A DNA stretch of 64,000 nt from Mobula hypostoma (GCF_963921235.1 NC_086116.1:34286001-34350000), one strand, 5' to 3'; positions 51,966 through 64,000 are shown, counted from the stretch's first letter. Numbers and translations are program-made. The notes: a model not told the origin generated them from the letters alone.

Positions 51966-53049
51966 GACTCAAACACAATACCTCGACTCGTATCCATATA
52001 CCTCTTTTACTACACTATCAACCACTTTCAGGGAGCTATGGACTTGAATCTCTCTGCACATCAATACTGTAAATGGTCTTGTATTAACAGTGTATTGTCT
52101 CCTTACAATTGATCCCCCAAAGTACAGCATTTCAGAATTAGAATCAAAATCAGGTTTAATATCCCTGGCATGTGTCGTGAAGTATGTTGTTTTGCAGAAG
52201 CAATATATTGCAATGCATAAAAAGCTATAAATTACAATATGAAATATGTATGAATAAAATAGTAACACACACAAAATGCTGGAGGAACTCAGGTCAGACA
52301 ATATTTATGAAAATGAATAGATAGTCGATGTTTTGGACCGAGACATTTCTTCAGGACTGAGAAAGTATATATTTTTTAAAAAAAACAATGATTTAGACAT
52401 GTAATTAGTGCAACGGGAGAAAATAAGAAAAAAAATAGTGAGGTAGTGTTCATGGGTTCTTTGTCCATTCAGAAATCTGATGGCTGAGGGGAAGAAGCTG
52501 TTCCCTAAAACAGAGTGTCTTCTTCTACTACTACGTCGACTCAGGCCTAGGGGTGTCTGAGTGTCTTCAGGCTCCTGTAAAACACCAGGAGTCTTCTTTA
52601 AAATCCTGGTACATTCAGCATCCTGTTCCTCTCTCAACCAAATCTTTAATGGGGACATCATAGTTCCATGATCCATGCTCTAAGTTCAAATCCCTTGCTC
52701 TTAATGTTTAATTATTGGTGCCAGAAACATGGCAACACTTGCAAGCTGGCCCCAGCACATCCTTGGATTGTATTGGATATTGGCACAAACGATGCATTTC
52801 ACTGTGTATTTTTATGTACATGTGACAAATAAAACCAGTCTAGTCTCTTTAATTTTTATTTCTAGCATTAAAATAAACACACATTAAACTGTTCACCCAT
52901 TGTGTCTACTGCCCATCTTACCTTACAGACTTATTGCTCATAACATTACCTTTCTTGCAACTCCTCCACCGAGACAACTATGCTAGCTTGGTTTTGGCAG
53001 TTCTAGGAGCGAGATCCTCACCTACTCAAGGACCACAATAACAAGTATA

Positions 53050-53596
53050 CACTCAATGGTCACTTTATAAGATATACCTGCTCATTAATGCAAATATGTA
53101 ATCAGCCAATCATGTGGCAGTTATTTTAAAAATGCATAAGAGCATGCAGACATGATCAAGAGGTTCAGTTGTTGTTCAGACCAAACATCAGAACGGGGGA
53201 GAAATGTGATCTAAGTGACTTTGACCATGTGGTGCCAGATGGGGTGATTTGAGTATCTCAGAAACTGCTGATCTCCTGGGATTTTTGTGCACAACAGTAT
53301 CTAGAATTTACAGAGAATGGTGTGAAAAGCTAAAAAAAAAAATGCAGTGAGTGACAGTTCTGTATACAAAAACACCTCATTAATGAGAGGTCAGAGGAAA
53401 ATGGCCAGACTGGTTCACGCTGACAGGAAGGTAACAGTAACTCAAATAACCAGGTGTTACAACAGTGCTGTACAGAAGAACATCTCTGAACACACATGTC
53501 AAACCTTGAAGTAGATGGGCTGAAGTAGAAGACCACATAGACTCAGTGGCCACTTTATTAGGTATAGGAGGTAACTAATAAAGTGGCCACTGAGTG
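53050..53596. mobile_element. Non-autonomous Tc1-like element (partial inverted copy near 25280-25690)
   Basis: TA followed by TIR cactcaatggtcactttat.., ending ..taataaagtggccactgagtg. Confidence 0.75.
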
Positions 53597-53667
53597 CAAG
53601 TCTTTTGATATTTAATCATTTTGATGTTCTAACTTGACGCTTACTCACCAGCTTTTCTTCTTTGAAG

Positions 53668-53746
53668 GGATGGTTCACTTCACGTAACGTGTACTGAGCA
53701 GCAAACAGGAATCTCAGAGGCAATCGCTATCGAAGTTGCATCATAG
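53668..53746 (+). CDS. HSPA14: HSPA14 exon 14 (stop codon)
   Basis: Acceptor ttgaag; DGSLHVTCTEQQTGISEAIAIEVAS*(TAG). Confidence 0.95.
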
Positions 53747-54133
53747 CTGACTGACAAGAAAGGAACTGCTTTAACCTCGTGATCCAAATTGTTGAGGGAT
53801 CCATTTTGTACCCACCAATTCTGGGTTTGTTTATGAAATGTAGTGTTCTGTTTCTTTAAAAAAGAACGTGGACTGTGGTCAAATGTAGATCCTGCTTTGA
53901 TCTTGAACTCAAAATATGCAGGTGCTGGAAATTGGAAATAAATTCTGGAAATATTCAGCAGGTCAAGTTGCATCAACCAAGAGGAGCAGAAATGTTTCAG
54001 TTCATTGGAGTTTTGTTGTGATATTGTAACATTCTGATGTAAACTGAATATTGTCTGAAACAAGGTATCAGTCCTTTATAAAGTTTTGTTCCATCATTTA
54101 GTTCAGGGGGCTGATCTCCTTTTGGTTATCAGG

Positions 54134-54139
54134 AATAAA
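54134..54139 (+). terminator. Candidate HSPA14 polyadenylation signal
   Basis: AATAAA about 390 nt after the stop, followed by GT-rich sequence. Confidence 0.55.
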
Positions 54140-56519
54140 TCCTGTGCAAAGTGAAATGTGATGTTCATTGAAGGGTCTCTCTACCTTTGGGTTAATAATT
54201 TGGAAATGTGCTGAGGGATGAGAACAGGACAAGCTATGGCATTCCTGAGCCAGTTTCTGAACTTGACAGTTTATACCAGTGCATTTCTGTGCCGTTGTTC
54301 TTCATTGCCATGACAACTACATTATACAGTAACTTGTACTGTATAAGCTTCATGTACATAGAACAGTACAACACACTATGGACCCTTCAGTCTATGATGC
54401 GCTGTCCTATATAAACACTCCATGGTCCATCTATCCCTTCCCTCTTACACAGCCCAAACCCTCCATCCATGTGCCTCCAAGAGTCTTTTAAGTGTCCCTA
54501 ATGTACCTGCTTCTACCATCACCCCTGACCTACCTTTGACATCCCTCTATACTTTTCTTCATTCACCTTAGAATGATGTCCTCGTATGAGCCTTTGCTGT
54601 CCTGGGGGGTGGGGGGGATCTCTGGCTGTCCACTCCATCTATGCCTATCATAATCTTCTACTCCTCCATCAAGTTGTCTCTCATCCTCCTCAACTCCAAA
54701 GACAAAAGCCCTAGTTCGCTCATCCTTTCCTCATAAGAAATCGGGCAGCATCCTGGTAAATCTTCTCTGCACAGACTTCCAGATGTTCTTGTCAATTTAG
54801 CCTTGCCAGTGTGTTCTGTGCAAAAACAAAACCTACCTCGGACTTTTCTTCTCCGTTCACCTTAAACAGATATCCTCTGGTTTTGGGACATAGATGACAG
54901 AAAAATGGAGGGAAGAGTTAGATTGATCGCGGAGTAGGTTAACAGGTTAGCACAACGTTATGGGCCTGTATTGTGCCTGTAGGTTCTATATTCTCTTGCC
55001 ACCCTGGGGAAAAGGCACTGGTTGCCCATTCTTTTTATGCCATTCCTTTGTCAAGGTGCCTGTCATCCTATGAGGTGTGGTTTGTAGTGCTGACCTGGCT
55101 ACAGTTGAATCTACTGTGGGATGCTATGCCACAAGCGGTGGATGGGACAGTGCTGTTATCATATCGTTGCCGGAACTCAGAGTGGTGAGGAGCCAGACTG
55201 GAAAACACCAGAAGAGTGTGTTGTGGAGGGAGCAGTCATACAGTTGTAATGTACAAATACACTGCCTTTAAGTGAATGCTTCCAATAAAACAGTTTCAAC
55301 AGACGACAACTGCGTCATGTGCAGTTTGATGACCCTCAAGTGTGGTGATTACATTCTTATCCCATTGAGATTGAACACTGTCAAATCTGAGAAGAAATGG
55401 GCACGGATGGATGATAAAACACCCACTGACATGCAGAATAAGTCCTTAAGAAATCTTATTGTACACTGTCTAAACTTTGAAATAATAAGGGCATTTTGCT
55501 AAATTCTGCAAAATGTTTCAAACAATGACTAAGTGTTTGATGACCCTGGGGGCTGTACTGGATGGAGTTAAGAAAGGTGGAGGTAAAGATTTCATCAAAA
55601 CCTACCAGATACTGAAAGGCCTGGGATAGAGTGGATGTGAAGAGGATGATTCTATCTGTAGGAGACTCTAGGACCTGAGGGCACAGCCACAGAAATAAAG
55701 GGATGCCCCTTTAACACTGACACGAGGAGGAATTTCTTCAGCCATAGGGTGGTGAATCCATTGCTACTAAGAGCTCCAAAAGGCTAGTATTGATTATTAA
55801 GGGAGGGGGTTTTAAGTGTAACAGGGGTGGGGAGGGAGTGGTAAGATGGGAGCACTGTTCCCTTTAAGCTGCTCAGCCGTGCAGTCACTGAAATGCTCCC
55901 ATGCACATAGCCTTTGTTGCTGCTCAGCTGGAACTGGGCGCACCTAAAGAAAGTCTACAAAACATGAAAGGTTTTCTTAGTTGCACTGTATTTCATTATA
56001 CCCTTCAATTAATAGACAAATTCAAATGTATGTGATTTTTCAATTTTCATTCTAAATATTCATAGTATGCCTATTGCAAAAAAAATTTAAATGCCATGCA
56101 GTTTCAAGGCTGTGTGTAATAAATAAATAAATCCTGCTCAGAGCAAAGGTTGGTTCGCGCATTGGATGAGATAATAGGTTTTAAAAATCAGCCGTAATTG
56201 AAAGGGGAAGCAGACTTTTTAATTCAGAGATATCACATGGTAACAGGCTCCTCTGGCCCAGTGAGTCCATCCTACCCAATTACACTCCCTGGACCAATTT
56301 ACCTCTAAACTGTAAGTCTTCAAAATGTGAGGGAAAACCAGAGCACCCAGAGGAAACCCACACAGTCATGGGGAGAATGTACAAACTCCTTACAGACAGT
56401 AGCAGGAATTGAACCCAGGTCTATGTTAACCGCTGTGCTACTTTGCCACCCAAAATGTGTGTGCCTTGGTCGGGCAACAACAACAACATAATCAGAATAT
56501 TATTTGTCCCTTTATATTC

Positions 56520-57372
56520 TTTCATTTCCAGTCCTGTCCATCTATAGAAGTTTGTCAAAGTTTTAGATGTCATACCAAATCTTCACAAAGTCCTAAGAAA
56601 GTAGAGGTGCTGCTGTGCTTTGTTTATAATTGCTCGTATGTGTTAGGCCCAGGAAAAGTCCTCAAAAATAATTATACCGAGGAATTTACCTCTGATGAGG
56701 ACGGGCTGATAGACCTCTGGTTTCTTCCTCCTGAAGTCAATAATCAGTTCCTTGGTCTTGCTGACACTGAGTGAGAGGTTGTTGTCGTTGTGGCACCACT
56801 CAGCCAGGTTTTCAATCTCCTTCCTATATCCTGATTTGTCACCACCTTCGATTCAGCCAATGACAGTGGTGTCAGCAAACTTGCATGGGGCATTGGAGTT
56901 GTGCTTAGCCACACAGTGTAGAGTGAGTAGAGCAGGGGGTTATGCACAGAGCCCTGTGGGGTTCCCATGCTGTTGGAGATTGTGGAGGATATGTTAATGC
57001 TAATCTGAAGACCCAATTACACAAGGAGGTGTTGAGGCAAAGTTCTTGAAGCTTATTGATTAGTTTTGAGGGGATGATAGTATTGAATGTGAAGTTGTAG
57101 TCGATAAGGAGCTCCCTGATATATGCACCTCAGCTGTCCAGACGTTCCAGGGTTGAGTGAAGAGTCAATGAGATGGCAAATTGGAGAGGAGTTGAGATGC
57201 TTCAAAGCTGGGATGTAAGTGCTACTGAATGATAGTCATTGAGGTAGGTTATCATGTCCTTCTTAGGCACCGGTATAATTGAAGCCTGCTTGAAGTGGGT
57301 TGGTATCTCAGACTGCTGAAGCGAGCGGTTAAAGATCTCAGTAAACACTCCAGCCAGTGGATCAGCACAGGC
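56520..57372 (-). mobile_element. Rex1/RTE-X-type LINE RT fragment
   Basis: [38 protein letters not shown]; GTPQGSV.NPLLYSLYT. Confidence 0.82.
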
Positions 57373-58629
57373 CAACTTACAGATGCTAATAAAATAATGA
57401 GCGGCGTAGATGATGCGCGTGGTCCAAGTCTTTACTTCCAGGGTAAGGGAGTCTAAAGCTACAGTAGAGGGCATAGGTTTAAGGTGAGATGGAAAGATTT
57501 ATAGGGGACTAAGGTGCAAGTTCTTCAGATACAGGGTGATGAGTATATAGAACAAGCTGCCAGAGGAAGTGGTAGAGGTGGGCACAATAACAACACTAAA
57601 AGACATTTGGACAAGTACATGGATAGGAAAGGTTTAAAAATAAAGATTAGCTTTGTCACATGTACATCCAAACATACAGTGAAGTGCGCTGCTCGCATTA
57701 ACAGCTAATGGGTTGTGCTGGAGTCAGTCCACAGGACACATTCTGGCACCCACAGGGAGGGATACAAGCCAAATGCAAGCAAAGGGGACAAATTACACCA
57801 AATAGGAACCTGAGGGGCAACTTCTTCATGTAGAGTGTGGCCAGAATATGGAATGAGCTGCCAGAGGCAGGTGCAATAATAACATTTAAAAGATATTTGG
57901 GCAAGTACATGGATAGGCAGGGTTTGGTTCCTGAAGGTTGTTACAGCCAGAGGAGGTAGTGGGGGGATAAGCTCCCACAAACTATTAAGTGCTCCAATGG
58001 CATGTGTCTCAAGACAGCCTCTGACAAACAAGGCCAGCTCCTGGCCTTCACGTGCCCCTTAGCTACTACGACCTGTGGAACCGTTTCCACTGACAGAAGG
58101 GGCAAAGGCAGGTTGCTGGCGCCTTAAAACCAGTCACTACAGGCAGGTGGAGCTCGCCAGCTCATCCAGGAGAAGGAAAACTGATCTCAAACCTCCACTG
58201 TCGGGTTCAGAGGGATATGGGCCGAACGCAGGAAAATAGGACTAGCTTAGGTACGCAACTTGGTCATCATGGTCCAGTTGGGCCGAAGGGCCTGCTTTCG
58301 TGCTGGATGACACTGAGGCATCTGCAGGGAATCAAATGCCCCACAAACTGTTAGGCTTAGGGTACTTCTGGAGGAGAGCGGGGTGGAGAGGAAGTGTAGA
58401 GGTGAATGATGACATTTTTTTGGGGAATGATTGACACCTGTCGGTTGGAGGCCGTCACAGAGGCTGGCCGTGGGGGTAGGGAGTTATACACGCAAGGGTG
58501 ATTATTTTTAAAAATCGCAAAAAAAAGCTTTTTCCAAAAAAGAAGAAAATAAATGCAGAGTGGCAGAGGGCTTGGTGTGTGTGTTTTATTTTTAGTAACC
58601 CCACTGTTGAGGAATTACCCTCTCTCCGG

Positions 58630-59139
58630 GCATTTTAACGCAGGCGAAATACGTTCACGTTACGGACGGGGACACGGCCGCTGCCTTGTGTTTTCAGTCG
58701 GTTTTCTTGCAGGGAAACGGTCCGCTGGGTTGCAGCGGCGGCGGCCGGGAACCCGTCCGCAAACCGACCGGAGCATTGCACTAGCCTCCAGCCGCTTCTC
58801 CTCCGGCTTGCCCTCTCTCCGTGCAGTTTGGTGCACTCTCCCCCACCGCCACCTTTACAATCTCCAGTGTGCGGCATCCGCAAAGAGACGCACGCCGTCG
58901 GAGCCGGCCCGTCTCAAGATGCAATGAAACGCGCACAATAGAGCCAGTCCGCAAGCCGGCCGAGGCCTTCCCGTCCCTTCGGACGGGTGTCCAGCGCCTC
59001 CCCCGGCAGCTCCGGCTCGTTCAGAGTGCATTGCATTCTTTGTGTCAGCACCAGCCCCTCTCGGGCGGGCAGGAGGGAGGAGTTTTACATTCTAATACAG
59101 CGTCTTTTGCGCGCCCCCATGTTTGAATGGGAAAGCAAG
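58630..59139 (+). promoter_or_regulatory. CpG-island promoter of the downstream gene (probable SUV39H2)
   Basis: Sharp rise in CpG density; E2F-like TTTGCGCGC near 59106-59114; CHR-like TTTGAA at 59122-59127. Confidence 0.65.
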
Positions 59140-59158
59140 ATGGCTGAAATGCGAGGAA
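59140..59158 (+). CDS. SUV39H2: Probable SUV39H2 first coding exon (MAEMRG plus 1 nt)
   Basis: aagATGG Kozak context, 19 coding nt, then the donor gtgagt. Resembles the short phase-1 first exon (..AEARG) of SUV39H2, which follows HSPA14 in mammals. Identity rests mainly on synteny; exon 2 is not in the window. Confidence 0.62.
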
Positions 59159-59274
59159 GTGAGTATTTGCTGGGAGGGGGCCACGCACTCGGGCTACGGA
59201 GACGCCGGCGGGGCCGGTGCATTCCCCCCACCCCCGCCGCACGGAGCTCGCCGCCTCTTGTGCGGCTCTTGCTT

Positions 59275-59758
59275 TGGCGTCCGGGGTGACCTTCCGTTAG
59301 GGTTCCCGGAACCATTGTACTGGCGCCGGCGACCTTGCGCTGGTTCCCGGGACTATCTTGCAATCGGAGCCCGGGTTTTTACTCTATTTCCCGGGACCAC
59401 CTTACAGCCGGCGCCCGGGTCCGTGCACTGTTTCCTGGGACTCCCTTGCAGCCGGCGCCCTGGTCCGTACACTGTTTCCCGGGGCTCCCTTGCAATTGGA
59501 GCCCGGGTCCGTACACTGTTTCCCGGGGCTCCCTTGCAACTGGAGCCCGGGTCCGTACACTGTTTCCCGGGGCTCCCTTGCAACTGGAGCCCCGGGTCCG
59601 TGCACTGTTTCCCGGGACTCCCTTGCAACTGGAGCCCCGGGTCCGTGCACTGTTTCCCGGGACTCCCTTGCAACTGGAGCCCCGGGTCCGTGCACTGTTT
59701 CCCGGGACTCCCTTGCAACTGGAGTTCGGATCTTCGCACTGGCTCCCGGGGACCTTGG
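59275..59758. repeat. GC-rich 44/45-bp minisatellite, about 11 copies
   Basis: Unit ggagccc(c)gggtccgtrcactgtttcccgggrctcccttgcaact starts at 59366, 59410, 59454, 59498, 59542, 59586, 59631, 59676 and 59721, with degenerate copies near 59276 and 59322. Confidence 0.95.
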
Positions 59759-60959
59759 TTTTATCTACGATTCCAGGGGTCTTGTCGCTGTTTTAATCCT
59801 TCAAACCGGCTAGACAGAGACTGCGAGTGCATCGATTTTTTTTAACAATACCTGCCCCAACTTTCCCTTGTGTATTATTTTTGTTTATTTAACTGCATTT
59901 AGTGCTTCGATCCCAGGCCCCTGTGAGGGGTAGAGCAGGCTGCCCTTTCTCTGATACACCCAGCGCCGTTCGCTTGGCGGGGAAATCGCACTGCTGTAAC
60001 TTTGGTTTCGGTTTGGGAGAGAGCGGCTGCTTCCTACAAAGAGCAATGCAGCGAGTGTTAAAAGTGCCTGCCCTTCCTCTGTACACGTACTCTACCCCCG
60101 CCTCATGCCAGAACTTAAATCGAGTATTTCTGACGAGTTTCGCCTGTGGAGTCGGGGCTGGCCGTTGCTTGACAAGTAGAAAAGCGCCAAAGTGTGTGAA
60201 ATCGAGTGTGTTTCACGTTAACTGTTACCCGTGACGGTGTGGAGTAGTTTAAACTTTGTACCTGTGCTATTCTATTTCCCTGAAAAGTTAAGATTATTGC
60301 CATTTGTAGAGTATGGTGAAAAGTTCTGCTTTTTACAAAAAAAAACGTGAAAGAAGCTTCGCCTAACGTTGTATGTATTTTTTTTAATTATCGTGTTCTT
60401 TATCCCGGTGTGCTTTTTATATGCTGCGCCGGATTAGGTGTAACAATTATTCATTCTCCGTTACAGTTGTGGACTGGAAACGACATTGGGAGCTGAGTTA
60501 ACTTGGGTTTTCTGTGGAGAGAGCCCATACAGTGTGAATCAGCCACACGAGATTCTGCAAGTGCTGGAAATCTTCAGCACACACAAAACATAAGGAAAAT
60601 CCGACAAAAAAGTGATTTCTGCAGCTTAGTCCATCACAGGCCTATCACTGAGCACATTTACATGGAGTGCCGTTAGTGATAGGCAAGGACACCCGCTCTC
60701 TCCCCACTGTAACCACCAGACTACTGAATTAGCAAGGGTAACTTCACTCACCTCAACTTTGAACTGATTCCACAACCTATAGGCACAATTTCAGGGACTC
60801 TACAACTCATGTTCTGAATATCATTTATTGTGTTTGCACAGTTTTTTCTTTTGCACACTGGTTGTCAGTCTTTGTAGTTTTTCACTGATTCTATTCTATG
60901 TCTTTTCTCTACTGTGAATGCCTGGAAGAAAATGAATCCCAGTGTAGTGTATGGCGGCA

Positions 60960-62055
60960 CATCTTTACCTCCACTTTCTGCAGGGATCTCTCCCTCCGTG
61001 TCCATTTGTCCCTCCCTAATTACCTTTCTCTGTTAACACGAGGAAATCTGCAGATGCTGGAAATTCAAGCAACACACATAAAAGTTGCTGGTGAACGCAG
61101 CAGGCCGGGCAGCATCTCTAGGAAGAGGTACAGTCAATGTTTCAGGCCGAGACCCTTCCGAAACGTCAACTGTACCTCTTCCTAGAGATGCTGCCTGGCC
61201 TGCTGCGTTCACCAGCAACTTTGATGTGTGTTGCTAATCTTTCTCTGAGCACGTTTTCCTACAAGTAGCCTAAGAGCTACTCCTGCCTCTTCACCTCCAT
61301 TCAGGGCCCCAACCAGTTCTTCCAAGTGAGGCAACGCTTCATCAGCGAATCTGTTGGGGTTGTCCGTTGTGCCCAGTGCTCCTGCTCCCAGTGGAGATGG
61401 TGCCTTGTCTACATTGGTGAGATGCGTGGTAAATTGGGGGCACCGCTTTGTCAAGCACCCCTGCACCATCTTCCACAAGTGGGACTTTGTGGTGGCCAAA
61501 CATTTAAATTCCCATTCCCCTTCCCACGTGCCAGTCCATGGCCTCCTTGTGTGTCACGATGAAGCCCCTCGGGGTGGCGGAGCAGCACCATTTATTTCAT
61601 TTGTATTCCATCTGGGTAGCCTCCAACCTCAGGTCATGAATATTGATTTCTCCTTCTGGTGAACAAATTTCTCTCTCTCCCTCCCCCACCCCCACCTTTT
61701 CTCTATTCCCCACTCTGACATTTCACTTCCTCTCATCTGCCTATTATGTCCCTCTCGGTCTCGTCCTTCTTCCCTTTCTCCTATGATCCACTCCCCTCTC
61801 CTATTAGATTATTTCTTCTCCAGCCCTTGACCTTTCCCACCCACCTGGCTTCACCTGTCACCTTCCAGCTAACCTCCTCCCCCTCCCCACACCTTTTTAT
61901 TCTGGCATCTTCTCCCTTCTCAGTCCTGAAGAAGGGTCTCGGCCCGAAGCGTCCACTGTTTATTCAATTTCATAGATGCTGCCTGGCCTGCTGAGTTCCT
62001 CCAGTATTCTGTGTGTTGCTCTGGATTTCCAGCATCTGCAGACTTTCTCGTGTTT
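60960..62055 (+). mobile_element. Penelope-like element 3' part (GIY-YIG endonuclease remnant and terminal repeat), with a nested fold-back at 61035-61235
   Basis: GVV..C..C.LVYIGE..RF.KH..VAKHLNS.SH remnant, a pyrimidine-rich tract, then cagtcctgaagaagggtctcggcccgaa..gatgctgcctggcctgctgagttcctccag. Confidence 0.82.
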
Positions 62056-63119
62056 ATGGCATATATGTTCTTGATAATAAATTTATTTTGAACTTTGGTG
62101 GAGATCAGCAGGTCAGACAGCATCTGTGTTGTGGAATAAACAGCATGCTTCTGACTTCTTTCCCCTGCTCTCCAGCCCTGATGAAGGGTCTCAGCCTGAA
62201 AAGTTGACTTCATTTCCCTCCGTAGATGCTGCCTGACCTGCTAAGTTCCTCCAGCACTTTGTGTGTGAATATGCCAGTGCTTTTAACACCATGAAGCAGC
62301 TTGGGATATTTCTTAGAAGCGCTGTGGAGCGTGATTTGAAACCAGTTAGGAAGAATTTATGTGAGGGACTAATTAAATTCAAGTGGGTTGAAAATGGTGA
62401 CACAGTTAGAGAGGGCGGTGTGGAAGGAGTATGGAGTTTGGTCAGACTATTGGGTCGCAGCGGTGGGGCCACCATGTTGCAGTTGCTCACAATGTTGGTA
62501 CGGTCACCTTCGGAGTACTGTGTTCAGTTCTGATTGCCCTGCTCTAGGAACGAGTCACCAAACTGGAGTGATGCAAGAAGTGAGGAGGAAGTTACTGGGG
62601 CTGGCTGGATAGAACATAGTCTGGTTGTTGTGCTCACCTTTTAACCTGCTCCGAGATTACTCTCCCACGTAGCCCTCCTGTCATCCATGTACCTGTCTAA
62701 GAGACTCTGAAATGTCCCTAATCCAGGGTTTCCCAACCTGGCATCCACGGACCCCCTTGCTTAATGGTGTTGGTCCATGGCTTAGAAAGGCTGGGAGCCC
62801 CTGCCCGAATGTATCTGCCTCAACCATCACCACCCACCTACCATTCTGTGTGGTTGAAGAAACAATTACCTCTGACACCTGTGCTTTCTTCCATTCACCA
62901 TAAAACAGGAGTTCCCAAGCTTGTTTATGCCGTGGACCCCTACCATTAACCGAGGGGTCCATGAACCCCAGATTGGGAACCTCCGCTTTAAAAGGATGTC
63001 CTTTGATATTAGCCCTTTTTACCCTGAGGGAAAAAAGTCGCTATCTATGCTTGGTATCATTTTGAACGCCTCTCATCCTCCGTGGCTGCAGGGTGGGAAT
63101 GGAGGATAGGAGATTGAGG

Positions 63120-64000
63120 AGTGACCTTATGAAGACAGGAGGTTCTGTGGACGTGAACGGGACACTCGAATGGTATGTTGCCTCCCAGTTGCCAGGGTCA
63201 GGGGCATCTTAGATCGGGTCCACAGCATTTTGGAGGGGGGGGGAGAGCAGCCAGATGTCTCGGAACATATTGGTGCCAATGACACAGGAAGGAAAAGCAA
63301 AGAGGTCCTGAAAAGAGATTTCAGAGAGCTAGGTAGAAAGCTCTCCAGGGTAGTAATTTCTGGATTGCTGCCTGTGCCACACACCAGAGAGGGTAGAAAC
63401 AGGATGATTTGGCGTGGCTCAGAAGTTGGTGCAGGGGGCAGGGCTTCAGGTTTTTGGATTGTTGGGATCTCTTCTGGGGAGGTATGACCTGTTCAAAAGT
63501 GACGGGTTGCACCTGAGCCCGAGAGGAACCAATATTATTGCAGGCAGGTTTGTTAGAGCTGTTGGGGAGGGTTTAAACTAATTTGACGGAGGGGTGGGAA
63601 ATAGAGTAAGGGACTCAGGATAGGACAGATGATAAAAAAAAGCAAAGATAGCATGCAGTCAGACTGTCAAGAAGGGCAGGCAGACGATAGGACAAAATTG
63701 CAGCCAGCAGGGTGAGTGTCAGTGTACGAGGGATGCAGAATCAATAAGGGTAGAAAATACATTGCACAAAGTGTTATACCTCAATGCACAGAGTACAAGA
63801 AATAAGCTGGATGAGCTTGTTGCACTTTTACGGATTATCGATATTGTGGCCATCACTGAATCGTGGCTGAAGGGTGGTTATGGTTGGGAGCTGAATGTCC
63901 AGGGTTGCTTGTTGCATTGGAGGAATAGGAAGGCAGGTAGAGGAGGTAACATGGCTCTGCTGGTAAAGAATGGCGTCAAATCAGTAGAAAGGTATGACAT
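63120..64000 (+). mobile_element. CR1-type LINE 5' region: ORF1 SGNH-esterase remnant and start of the ORF2 AP endonuclease
   Basis: VCCLP.ARV..GEQPDV..HIGAND..RVVISGLLPVP..DGLHL; then KVLYLNAQS.RNKLDEL..DIVAITESWL. Confidence 0.85.

Larger units (their letters stand above)
23449..53746 (+). other. HSPA14: HSPA14 gene span (14 coding exons, 1533 nt, 510 aa; Hsp70L1 subunit of the ribosome-associated complex)
   Basis: All exons splice in frame with GT-AG introns. N-terminus MAAIGVHLG and C-terminus RDGSLHVTCT..IEVAS* match vertebrate HSPA14; atypical Hsp70 with no lid or EEVD. Confidence 0.96.

Noticed and set aside
59275-59758. CRISPR-like array of palindromic repeats, and the long overlapping ORFs here (up to 240 aa)
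   Set aside because: Units are directly tandem with no unique spacers, there are no cas genes and the context is eukaryotic. The ORFs arise from a stop-poor GC-rich repeat.
4490-64000. Hundreds of 60-130 aa ORFs in the supplied track
   Set aside because: They are chance ORFs, antisense frames or TE fragments, with no splice-consistent host-gene homology beyond the three genes reported.

Overview
Vertebrate nuclear DNA, most likely a cartilaginous fish (ray-like; inferred from the repeat landscape of V-SINE/HE1-type SINEs, CR1, Penelope and Rex/RTE-X relics). It holds the syntenic block CDNF(-) / HSPA14(+) / start of SUV39H2(+). I reconstructed by hand a complete 4-exon CDNF (189 aa, 23193->8489) and a complete 14-exon HSPA14 (510 aa, 23449->53746). 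They sit head-to-head across a 255-bp CpG-island promoter. A probable SUV39H2 first coding exon lies at 59140-59158 in a second CpG island. The rest is mostly decayed transposons: L1, CR1, L2, Rex/RTE-X, Penelope, a full-length IR/DR Tc1, MITEs and SINEs. Most ORF-track entries are spurious or TE fragments. The most notable observations are: about 15 Penelope-associated minimal hammerhead-ribozyme motifs, some inside fold-back mini-elements; a CR1 insertion that appears to have split and replaced the HSPA14 exon-6 splice donor; an exact 43-bp copy of intron-9 sequence at a TE-TE junction 5 kb away; a hairpin-unit minisatellite in SUV39H2 intron 1; and an overlapping uORF plus a non-canonical C-terminus in CDNF. 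No prokaryotic-type system (CRISPR etc.) is present.
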